64,000 nucleotides of DNA from Octopus sinensis (taxonomy: Eukaryota): the NCBI RefSeq assembly GCF_006345805.1, contig NC_043016.1, forward strand, positions 29,202,001 through 29,266,000, written 5' to 3'. The translations under genes were made by a program, and so were the position numbers. Shown piece by piece: positions 52,043-63,509 of the stretch (position 1 is its first letter; each line of letters opens with the position of its first letter). The notes under the pieces are model-generated. The model made no database searches. It worked only from the letters and a program-made list of their open reading frames with translations, and was not told where the DNA came from.

Positions 52043-53730
52043 ATGCATTAATTCAGGGACAGGTAATTCAGTTAATTGGACAACTGAATTCTCATCATTG
52101 ATTGGTGACAATTTGTTTCTTTTAAATGGTTCAATTTCACTGTGCATAGTCTAAGCACTGTCTATATACATGGTCTTAACATGGTCTATACAAGATCTAT
52201 ACGTGGTGTATTTATAGTCTATACCTTGTTTGTGCATGGTTAAACATGCTGGATACACCTATACTTGATTGTACATTGTCTAAATATGTTCAGCATAAAG
52301 TCTATATGTAGTCTATATATACGTACATACATTATATATACATATATGGTTTATTGCTGGTCTATATACATATGGGCTATAATGATTGTAGAACAGGTCA
52401 AAAAAGACAGTGACAAAAATAGCTTCTATGTCTTAAAATCTATAATAGTTTGTGTTTCTGTATTTGTGTGTCATAAAAACAATAACAGAAAGCAAAAGAG
52501 AGCTAAGTAAAGAAGAGTAGTGGAGAATGGAGAGGGGGAAGAAATAAAGAGAAAGTGGTGAAGAGATAGACAATAGATTATGGAGGTAGGAGAGGAGAGA
52601 AAGTGAGGATTGGGGAGAGAGTGAGAGGCTGAGATTTAATCAGTGGTATGATGTGCCTAAGAAAATAAATTATATTTTATTTCTTTTTTCTTTAATTTCA
52701 AATGTCTACATGTTTTATTTTTATATTTTAAAGGAAGGTGTTTCACAGCTGGATACCTTTCCACATTCATACACAAACACACACATTTCACACTGATTTA
52801 AACAATTGTTTTTAGATAGGTGTACCAGAACATGTCACCATAGCAACATTATGGAGGTGTAGTGATTATATCTGCCAGAGTACACATTTTACACATCGTT
52901 GCTCTTCTTCCTAACATGACAAATCTCTTTTACCTTCTATGTCTACATTGGTTTGCTCTGTCTGCCTTGCAATGGCTCAAACCTCTTATATGGTGATTTG
53001 ATCTGCTAGATATTGCAGCCAAATTTTCTGCAAATTACACTGTACCATTTTTTTTTTAAATGGTCATACATTGAATAATGAAGTTAAAGATACATTATCT
53101 TTCTGTCTTTTATTTGTGGTCATGCTGGGACACCTCCATGAATGATTCAGTCAAAACAAATCAACCCCAGTTCATATTTTTTTTTCAAGTCTTTTACTTA
53201 CTCTACCAGTTTCTTTTGCCAAACTGCTAAGTTACAGAGATATAAAACAAACCAACATTGGTTGCCAGACAGTGGGACAAACACAAACACAAGGGGACAC
53301 ACACACACAAATATATACTCAACAGGCTCCATACAGATTCTGTCTACCAAATTCACTCACAAAAATTTGGTCAGCTGAGGTTATATTAGAAGAGACTTGA
53401 CCAAGATGCTATACAGTGGAACTGAACCTAGCACAACGTGGTTGAAAAGCAAACTTCTTAACCATACAGCCATACCTGATGTCTAAATAAAAAGTATGGG
53501 ATGGTCATGATTGGAATGTCTTTGCTCCATCAAAGTTGATCTGTAGCTAAATAACATCAACACCTTCAAAGAAGTATTTTATGAAAACAGACAACTGTAG
53601 CAAAGCACCTGTAATTAAATCCATAGTTTCACACCTACAGACAGTTTTTCAATCATGAATACCTCAATTAAGTTATTAACATTCAACCTGGTCATTAATG
53701 ACCAAAAATAGAAGACAATAAATATTTTCA

Positions 53731-54114
53731 TATCTCTTTTATTCTTTTACTTGTTTCAGTCATTTGACTGTGGCTATGCAGGCAACAATTTTAGTCAAAC
53801 AAATTGACCCCAGGACTTATTCTTTGCAAGCCTAGTACTTATTCTATTGATCTCTTGCCAAACAGCTAAGTAACGGGGACGTAAACAAACCAACATCGGT
53901 TATCAAGCAATGGTAGGGGTGAACAAACACAGACACACACATATATATATACACGACAGGCTTCTTTCAGTTTCTGTCTATGAGATCCACTCACAAGGCT
54001 TTGATCAACCCGAGGCTATAGAAGACACATGTCCAAGGTGCCATGCAGTGGGACTGAACCTGGAACCATGTGGTTGGGAAGCAAGCTTCTTACCACACAG
54101 CCATGCCTGTGCCT
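53731..54114 (-). mobile_element. SINE type A
   Basis: Complete reverse-complement copy. Confidence 0.85.
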
Positions 54115-54329
54115 ATATCTTGTATATAATAGAGATGAAAGAATATCAACTCAACTCGTAGCAGACTAACAGTAGTGTGGTGGACTTAATTCACTGACCG
54201 GTTGAACACAACAAGCTGGCACTCTGAATACATTAAACAGAGTTCAATCAGGCCAGGTTACTGGTATGAGGATACATTCTTTCCTCCTACCGATTTCAGA
54301 TGCTCACTGCGATATATATGTATGTGTGC

Positions 54330-54628
54330 AGGCGCAATGGCCCAGTGGTTAGGGCAGCGAACTCACGGTCATAGGATCACGGTTTCAATTCCCAGACCGG
54401 GCGTTGTGTTTATTGAGCAAAAACACCTAAAGCTCCATGAGGCTTCAGCAGGGGGTGGTGGCAATCCCTGCTGTACTCTTTTGCCACAACTTTCTCTCAC
54501 TCTATCTTCTGTTGGCCTGGTCGCTTAGCCAGCGGGGTGGCGTCATCTGAATGCTAAAACAATGCGAAGCGCATTGTGACCAGTGCTGCTGTGTAGCAAC
54601 ATCTGATAGCCTGGTCGGACACGGTGAT
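54330..54628 (+). mobile_element. SINE head D with a fourth tail type
   Basis: aggcgcaatggcccagtggttaggg head; tail gcttagccagcggggtggcg...ggtcggacacggtgat. Confidence 0.8.
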
Positions 54629-55622
54629 ATATATATATATATATATATTTACATGGTCTGATCAATAAGTACCCTTCACTCCTAACATACAGATCATCAT
54701 CACCATCATCATTTTATGTTCATCTTTCATGCTGACATGGGTTAGATGATTCAACAAGAGCCAACAAGCCAGAGGACTGTGTTGAGTTTCTGTATCTATT
54801 TTGGTATGGTTTCTACAGCTGAATGCCCTTCCTAATGCTAACCACTTTACAGAGTGTACTGGGTGCTTTTTTTTTTGTGCTGTCTACCTTACTGAGGTTG
54901 CCGTGTAACTCACAAGACAAGACCCTTTGACAGTGTTGGATGGGGGAGTGCAGTATTGTCAGAGGTGCCTTCAAGCTTGGTGATGAGAGGTTAAAGTACG
55001 ATAGAGGGGGACAGGCACAGATATCTTGCTGTAGAAGAAATTAAAAAGAAAAAAATATTCTGTTCTATGATTTTGAAATATGATTGGTCATTTTCAAGGT
55101 ATTGTGTAGTTTGTTGAGGAAAATTTGGCAGTTAAACTTAATAGATTAAGCAACAGTATAAAAACGCCATCATCAGTTTGTATAATCACCATTTTAAAGA
55201 CAAATTAATGATTTATTCGTGTCCTAAACATTTATTTTTGCATGCTTGAAAAGACGACATATCAATTTGGACATGGTTCTCATGTTAGCAATTAAACATA
55301 TTCACTACTATTGATTGACTATTAATGGACTTTTGATGGTTTGTGTTAGTATAAAGTAAACGGTAAGTTAAAACAGAATCTGAAGTAGAGATGAATATTT
55401 GTTTCAAACAAGGACATTATTTATGAAATAACTGCTAAGATGTTAAAATAACCATCTGTAAATCATAATCGATACACACTGACCAATAAGCCAGTTACTG
55501 CAGTATTTGTCCTCAGATAGCAGCTTTCACGGACATGCTGTGTTAAAAACAATAAATATCAGCAAGAGAAAAAGTGAGAGATATGGCAGGGGGTAATTGT
55601 AAATGATATTAAACAATACAGA

Positions 55623-55843
55623 AGGCGGCGAGCTGGCAGAAACGTTAGCACGCCAGGCGAAATGCTCAGCAGTATTTCGTCTGCGTTACGTTGTGAGTTC
55701 AAATTCCGCCGAGGTCGACTTTGCCTTTCATCCTTTCGGGGTCGATAAATTAAGTACCAGTTACGCACTGGGGTCGATGTAATCGACTTAATACCTATGT
55801 CTGTCCCCTCTGTGTTTAGCCCCTTGTGGGTAATAAAGAAATA
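55623..55843 (+). mobile_element. SINE type C1, young, 12-bp TSD
   Basis: gatattaaacaa at 55605-55616 and 55844-55855. Confidence 0.9.
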
Positions 55844-56270
55844 GATATTAAACAACAATGTTCCAAGGTGATACAAAACCAATTTAACAGGTCCACTGAA
55901 TGGAAAGATGTTAACTGCTTCTCTTCCTGAAATTTCTGTTTAAAATATCAAATACTGAAGCACTTTTTTTTTTTGCTTCTTTGAATACAGTATATACTGT
56001 TTTTGTTTTTATTTAAATGCAGTGAATCTAAATGAAATATTGTAATCTAATGTATTTATACAACACTCAACTCTCAATTGACATTGACTACTTAAGCTGT
56101 TAGCCAGTGGTACCACAGGGTCAGCTGTTGTGGTCATTTTAGTACTGACCACAACCTAAATTGATACATAGTTTGCAGTTTCAAAATAGGTAGGATTAAC
56201 TAAATAAGTACTCCATCATAAAACTACTAGTAACTCTTTTGTAATCGTATATATATATATTATATATATA

Positions 56271-57084
56271 TCATCTGATCAATAAGTATCCAGATGGTTG
56301 CCATAGTTATGAAACTAAAGCATGCAGAATGGAGTCGCTTGGTACAGATTGACCTCAGACATTGCTGGACATGCATAAGTTTTAATGTTCTATCTAGCTC
56401 ACTTCTGCTGTTTAAAGCAGTGCTTGGAAAGAACATGTATAGCATGTGATTGTCACATTGACTATCACAGAAAAAGTGTTCGTGTGGTTCAGACGTTTCC
56501 AAGATGGCCAAAAAAATGTTGACAGTGACAAATGTTCTGGGAGACCTGCAACCAGCAGAACTGAGAAAAACATCACAGACGTGCATGCAGCTTTGAGGGG
56601 AAATCATCGAATCATCATACATGAGTTACCAGAGGACATGCAGATCAGTTACAGTCCAGTTCAGTCTATTATCACCGAAAATTTGGGTATGAAATGCATG
56701 TCTGCCAAGTTTGCGCCAAAACTGCTTTCAGCTGACCAAAAGGACTCTCGGGTTTCAGTCGCAAAAAATCTTCTCGATTGTGTTGAAAAACGATAAAAAC
56801 CTTTTGAAAACTTTGCAAAGGCCTCTGAGCACATATTGCCAAGCTTTTGGCAAAATTTGATGCAGATTCTCTACTCAACTTTCTCTATCATAGTCAATGC
56901 AATGATCACACACTACACACGTTCCTTCCAAGTACTGCTGTAAACAGTGGAAGCAAGCTAGAACCTTAAAACTTAGAGCGCATGTACAGCAAATTTTAAA
57001 GTCCAATCTGTGTCAAGCAGCTTCAATCTGTGTGCTTTAGCTTCATTACTATGGCAACAGTCCGGATACTTATTGATCAGACCA
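56271..57084. mobile_element. Mariner-derived element with ~205-bp inverted arms and HTH transposase remnants on both strands
   Basis: TIR tctgatcaataagtatcc at both ends; plus strand VFVWFRRFQDG...SGRPATS...SAKFAPKLL; minus strand MIEKVE*RICIKFCQKLG from 56891. Confidence 0.9.
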
Positions 57085-57760
57085 CAAATATCTATCTATC
57101 TATCTATATGTATATATATATATGCGATGGTTTTTGGTAAGCAGTGTCGACTTTTACAATTCTGTAAATGATAATATTTTATAAGCTTAAACCTTATATG
57201 CAATAAACATGTATTGACTTAAGAAAATAGTCTAGGATTGGGGCCCTCGATGGAAAAAGAGTGGGTTTTCCTTACACAAACACACACCCACATGTGCATA
57301 TGTGTATACAAATACACATATAAGTGTATACTTCAAACTGCTTACCTTCACGAGTGCATTTAAACATCTTGAGGAAAACAAATAAAAAAAATTTATAATT
57401 AGGCAAGCTGGCAGGATCATTTGTGCATCTTTTGATTATTATGCTCCAAGTTCAAATCCTGCAGAGGTCAACTTTGCCCTTCATCCTTTCGGAGAGTGGG
57501 GAGGGTGTCAATAAAATAATATACCAGTAAAGTAGTGGTAGTGATGGTAGCAATAGTGGCTGTAATGGGTAGGTGGAGTGTAGTAGATTATACCCGGCTC
57601 TCTAAAAACATTCAGCCTTTTGCAGTGTAGTAGAAACCTACTTTCTCCTACTGAGCACCACCACCACCACTGACATCACCATCATCATCGTCACTATAAA
57701 AAAAATGCATGTAGCAGTTATAAATTGGTATCTATTAGAAAAGCTGTACTACCTATCCCT

Positions 57761-58232
57761 TATTTATTTATTGCCCACAAGGGGCTAAACATAGAGGAGA
57801 CAAACAAGGACAGACAAAGGTATTAAGTCGATTACATCGACCCCAGTGCGCAACTGGTACTAAAGGCGGCGAGCTGGCAGAAACGTTAGCACGCCGGGCG
57901 AAATGCTTAGCGGTATTTCGTCTGCGTTACATTGTGAGTTCAAATTCCGCTGAGGCCAACTTTGCCTTTCATCTTTTCGGGGTCGAATAAATTAAGTACC
58001 AGTTACGCACTGGGGTCGATATAATCAACTTAATACCTATGGCTGTCCTTGTTTGTCCCCACTGTGTTTAGCCCCTTGTGGGTAATAAAGAAATAGGTAC
58101 TTAATTTATTGACCCTGAAAGGATGAAAGGCAAAGTCGACCTCGGTGGAATTTGAACTCAGAATGTAGCGGCAGATGAAATACTGCTAAGCATTTCGCCT
58201 GGCATGTTAACGTATCTGCCAGCCACCCGCCT
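57761..58232. mobile_element. SINE C1 (minus) split by an antiparallel SINE C1 (plus, 57862-58095)
   Basis: Inner TSD ggtact (57856-57861, 58096-58101); outer TSD tactacctatccct (57747-57760, 58245-58258). Confidence 0.9.
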
Positions 58233-58509
58233 TTATACTACCTATACTACCTATCCCTGATTCTGACACCCTTTCTCTCCCCCACTGTCCTCACAATGAA
58301 TTATTTGGCCATTTGCCAAAAGCTGCAAGTCAATGTTATCAGGTGAGTTTTAAGGCAGGTGTTTAGTAATTAAAAGACATTTCCTCGTTCCATCAATTCT
58401 GTAGTTTAATGTAAACAGTTGGTGTGCCGGTACAGAACGACAACGATTAAGTTATACTAGACTATCATTTCCGGAGACTGGCAGTATATAGCTGCTAAAG
58501 ATAACAACA

Positions 58510-58888
58510 CACTTTATGTAGTAGTAGAACAGTAGAGGTGGGGGTAGTAGATGTGGTATTAATAGTAGTAGAGGTGGTGGTGGTAGTAGTAGTAGTTTTA
58601 GTACTAGAGGTGGTGGTAATAGTAATTGATGGTAATAGTAGAGATGATGGTAGTGATAGTAGTGGAACAGTAGAGGTGGTGGTGATAGCTGTGGTGACAG
58701 TAGTAGTTGTAGTAGTAGTAGTTTTAGTACTAGAGGTGGTGGTATTGATGGTAATAGTAGAGATGGTGGTAGTGATAGTAGTGGAACAGTAGAGGTGGTG
58801 ATAGATGTGGTGATAGTAGTAGTTGTAGCAGTAGAGGTGGTGGTAGTGATGGTAGTAATAGTGGTGGTGGTAGTGATGGTAGTGGTGA

Positions 58889-58923
<35 letters not shown>

Positions 58924-58945
58924 ACAGTAGTGATAGTGGTAATGG
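58510..58945. repeat. Cryptic (GTA/GTG/GAT)n trinucleotide array with a 126-bp higher-order duplication
   Basis: The marker ttttagtactagagg recurs at 58596 and 58722. Confidence 0.85.
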
Positions 58946-59241
58946 GGGGGGGGTGTAAGCAGTGTTGTATTATCATTTACCTCTCAGGTCAGCAGTTCTC
59001 AGAAAAACCTGTGATCAAAGGTGTTCCAGCAATGACCATCCACCCATTTACAATATCAGGGGACAATTATCTTATACTACACTATTCAATATAATCATCT
59101 TGTTTATGAAGGCATACTGTGAATTAAAAGGTATTTGGCTGCTGTTTCTAACCTCTCCCTCCTTTTATGTTCAATGAGACTTTTCTGATATTGATCTGTA
59201 ACTTGGAGGAGAGGAAGATGGTCAGCCAATACCATCAGTCC

Positions 59242-59295
<54 letters not shown>

Positions 59296-59429
59296 ACGTA
59301 TTCTCCACTAAACTCTTCAATGCAGTGCCCCAGCATAGCCAGAGTCCAATGACTGAAACAAGTAAAAGATGCTATAGATGGAGATTTGGGATCAATGTCC
59401 TGCCAGGGAGAGTCAGTTCTTTAAGTGCA

Positions 59430-60208
59430 GACATGGCTGTGTGGTAAGAAGCTTCCTCCCCAACCAAAGGATTCTGGGTTCAGTCCCACTGTGTGACACC
59501 TTGGACAAGTACCTTCAACTATAACCCCCAGACCAACCAAAGCCTTGTAAGTGAATCTGGTAGAAGGAAACTGAAAAGCTCACTCATGTGTGTGTGTGTG
59601 TGTCTGTGTGTGTTTATGTGTGTGTTTGTGTGTGTTTATGCATGTGTTTGTGTGTTTATGCATGTGTGTTTGTGTTTATGCATGCATGTGTGTGTGTGTG
59701 CATTCTTGTGCGTGTGTGAATGCTAGTGTGTGTGTGAGTGCTTATGTGTGTGTGTGAGTGCTTGTGTGTGAGTGCTTGTGTGTGTGTGCTTGTGTGTGTA
59801 TGCTTGTGTGTGTGCTTGTGTGTGAGTGCTTGTGTGCCTCCTTATGTGCATAGTGTGCGTGTGTGTGTGTAGCATGCGTTGTGTGCATAGTGTGTGTGCA
59901 TGTGTAGTGTGTGTGCATGTAGTGTGTACGTTGTGTGTGTAGCATATGTGCTTGCATGTGTAGTGTATGTACTTGTGTGTGTAGTGTATGCATGTAGTGT
60001 ATGTAGTGTGTTTAGTGTATGTGTTTGCCCCACCACCACCACAGCTTGACAACCAGTGTTGGTTTGTTTACATTCCTGTAACTCAGTGGTTTGGTACAAA
60101 AGGCCAATAGGTTAAGTACCAGGCTTAAAAAATAAGTACTGGGATTGATTCATTTGATTAAAACCTTTCAAGGCAGTACTTAATCATGGCTGCAGTCCAA
60201 TGACTGAA

Positions 60209-60210
<2 letters not shown>
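59430..60210 (+). mobile_element. SINE type A with its spacer expanded to ~440 bp of (GT)-rich repeat
   Basis: Head at 59430-59585, spacer to ~60022, tail to ~60210. Confidence 0.8.
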
Positions 60211-60262
<52 letters not shown>

Positions 60263-60598
60263 TATGTACATATGTATGTATGTATAGTGAGATCCAAAAT
60301 GATCGTGGTACAGAGTTCTTTAACCTCAAGCATAGAGGTGGCTTGTATAGATAACACAAAGCAGATAATACTCAACCAATAAAGTTTATTAATCAACATT
60401 TATTGTATGCTTCATCCCATACTGAATTAGACATATCCTGACAATGAACCTGCAAACAACAGGTAAAAAGTTCCAGAAGTGGGAAATTGAACATATTTGA
60501 AATCTTAAAATTACATAACTTCTGTTCAGTTTCTCTTGGAAACATATGTAGTACATATTTACCTACTTCATTCCCTACACTCACTGATACACATATAC

Positions 60599-60674
60599 CT
60601 TTTGGCATTGATACTGCTTCCATCACTGATAATTTATTTTTAATAAGCTTGCTGGCTATTTTCAACATCAGAGT
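60599..60674 (-). CDS. Candidate coding exon of an unidentified minus-strand gene (TLMLKIASKLIKNKLSVMEAVSMPK-)
   Basis: Minus strand: catattttcag acceptor, 76-nt open frame, AAAG|gtatat donor. Phase 0 to phase 1, compatible with the next candidate exons. Confidence 0.5.
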
Positions 60675-61004
60675 CTGAAAATATGCTGAAAGACCATATA
60701 TATCATAGCAGCAAGATTTGACTGGCATGTGGTCTCCTGGTGCTTCCTGCTGATGAGTTTCAATAGAACTAAATGTGATATGGGAATTCTGGCACCTATG
60801 ATGAATGAATTTCATCCATTATGATCTATGTGTATGCTTTTATGTACCAAGTGCCTATATGAGAGGCTCCCTCAAGGCTAATAACACAATATTTGGTGTT
60901 CTAACAAGGCATCCATGTTAAGAGGGATATAAAGATTACCTTTTGATATTAATACTGCATCAGTTGCAAATAATCAATTTATACACACATACATGTATAT
61001 AATA

Positions 61005-61049
<45 letters not shown>

Positions 61050-61689
61050 GATGTTTAACATAGCTAAGACTACATCCCAATGACTGACCTGTCTGTTCAG
61101 GGCCAGGATATATTTAACCCTTCCTGTTGTCATCCCTCATCTGTTTCCAAGCAAAGTAATATTTGCCCCATGGCCAAACATATTTTTCTGAGAAAACTGT
61201 CAATGAATGATGCTTGTCTGTATCAGTGTGGCATTCATTTACAATAACCATGCGATAGCAAAACAAAGACACACACCCACACATTTATTTGTACTTACAT
61301 ATAACAGGCTTCTTTCAGTTTCCCTTTCCTAGATCCACCTCCCACTTTGACTAGCCCAGGGCTATAATAGAAGAAATTTGCCTTAAGAGTTGCACAGTGG
61401 AACTGAACCCGAAACCATGTGGGAAGCAAACTTCTTAACCACTGTCATGCCTATATACATGCATATGTATGTGTACAGATGTGTGCAAACACACATGTAT
61501 GTGTGTAACTGATGCTGGTGTGTTTGCATCCCTGTGAATTGGCGGTTCAGCGGGGGAGTCCGATGGAATGGGTACTGGGCTTGCAAGGAATGGGTCCTGG
61601 GGTCAATTTGCTCGTCTGAAGGCTATGCTCCAGCATGGCTGCAGTAAAATGACAGAAACAAGTAAAAGAGGAAAAGAATATTATTTTTT

Positions 61690-61910
61690 AATTGGCCGAT
61701 GCCAGACCCCCCTGGCACCTGTGCAGGTGGCACGTAAAAAGCACCCACTACACTCGCGGAGTGGTTGGCGTTAGGAAGGGCATCCAGCTGTAGAAACTCT
61801 GCCAGATCAGACTGGAGCCTGGTGCAGCCCCTGGCTTCCCAGACCCCGGTCGAACCGTCCAACCCGTGCTAGCGCGGAAAACGGATGTTAAACGATGATG
61901 ATGATGATGA
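61690..61910 (+). mobile_element. Retroposon type B, young copy
   Basis: gtggcacgtaaaaagcacccactac...gttaaacgatgatgatgatg. Confidence 0.85.
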
Positions 61911-62039
61911 TATATATATATATATATATATATATAAGTTCAGCAAAATTTAGATTCAGATGAATATGGTACTTAAGTTAAAGGCCCCAGAATTTTGTAT
62001 GGTATTATCCATATAAATCAAATGGAGTGATTATAATTA

Positions 62040-62250
62040 AAATAAGCAACAAGGATATCCAAGGTAGTGTAGTACAATCGTTTCATGCTACTTCATTTTA
62101 TTAAACACTGTAAGTATTACACCAGTGTGTTAATAAAACTGATGTAATGCTCAACATTTTAAAACTGATGTAATACTTACAGTGTTTAATAAAATGAAAT
62201 AGCATGAAACGATTGTACTACACTACCTTGGATATCCTTGTTGCTTATTT
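62040..62250. repeat. Near-perfect inverted repeat, 87-bp arms (85/87) with a 37-bp spacer
   Basis: Arms 62040-62126 and 62164-62250. Confidence 0.9.
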
Positions 62251-62254
62251 GATG

Positions 62255-62286
<32 letters not shown>

Positions 62287-62847
62287 CACTATTTTTTCTC
62301 CAGTTTTACATCTAAATATACGTAATGATACATTCATGTCTACCACCTATATTACCTTTTCCCCCAGTTTCAACATCCAGTTATGTAGACACCCCAGCCC
62401 ACAAACACATACATTCAGAAATACATCACACACACGGAGTTTACAGTACAAAAACTTCTGAAGTTGTTTCATCATCTCCTGAGAGATGTGAGAGACAAAT
62501 ACAGTGGAAAACTGTGGTAAAATACTATAACAGAGAGAGAGAGAAAGAGAGTGGGTAGGGTTACAAAGTATGTTAATCTTATAAGTGATAGGTATAATTT
62601 TGTAAGGATACTAATTGTAAATGGAAGCTGGGGGGTCTTAGATTTCATGAAGAAACAGTAGAAAAATGATTTGTAGCTAAGTAAATGTAGACATTCAACT
62701 TCTAACACACACACACACAGCAGATTTTTCTAAATGCTGGTTAACACACAAGGGTACCAAGTACCCCAACTGCTTACTCTCTGCTGATAAAAGGGATTAA
62801 ATACTACTGCTGAATTAACCCTTCCAATACACACACTGCAATATGTA

Positions 62848-62890
<43 letters not shown>

Positions 62891-63128
62891 ATTATTGTTA
62901 GACTTGGTATATCAGAGAGTTCATTCTTTTACATGACACAGTTACAGGCAGCCCCCACAACAACAACATTGCTGCCACCACCACCACCACCACCAGAAGC
63001 CCTCGTAGTAGTTGGTATTAGTGGTTCACGTTGTTGTTTAGTCCCCTACCCACTCATTCTGGTCAGTCCTGATCCAGCAGACCTAAGATGTTCCGGTTGT
63101 GATCATCTCATTTCATTTTTAGACATAA

Positions 63129-63509
63129 CTAGCAGTATCACCTGGCATTGCTTGGATTTGTTTCAACCCTTTAGAATTGGAATTTTTGAAAAGTAAAAAT
63201 TTTGCATTATGTAGCTTGTTATTCTCTTTAAGTGAACATTTTTCTGGTTGAAATACACCAAAAAATGGTGACACAGCAGTAAAAAAAATAGGGATTTCCA
63301 TAGAAAAAAAGCACCTTTTTGATGTAAATAATTTTTGGAGTTAACACGGTCCGATTTGAATTTTTTCTTCTACAGAAGGAAGAGCAAGCCTTCCTCTATA
63401 ATACTCTCAGTTTTGGCCAACTTGCGCCGCAGGGTCTTGGAGGAGATAGTGTTAGTTGAAGGCTACCAAACCTGCTATACACAGACAACTTCAGCTTTAT
63501 ATAGAGAGA
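63129..63509 (-). mobile_element. Non-autonomous Helitron-like element
   Basis: Minus strand starts TCTCTCTATATAAAGC and ends with a decayed hairpin (tccaagcaatgccagg) followed by ...gatactgCTAG|T. Confidence 0.65.

Noticed and set aside
58452-59094. Mucin-like Thr/Pro-rich and Val-rich ORFs
   Set aside because: Trinucleotide repeat open on both strands, with no splice or complexity evidence.
60393-60815. 140-aa ORF as one coding exon
   Set aside because: Only the 76-nt core has good splice sites, and an ORF of this length can occur by chance once in 64 kb.
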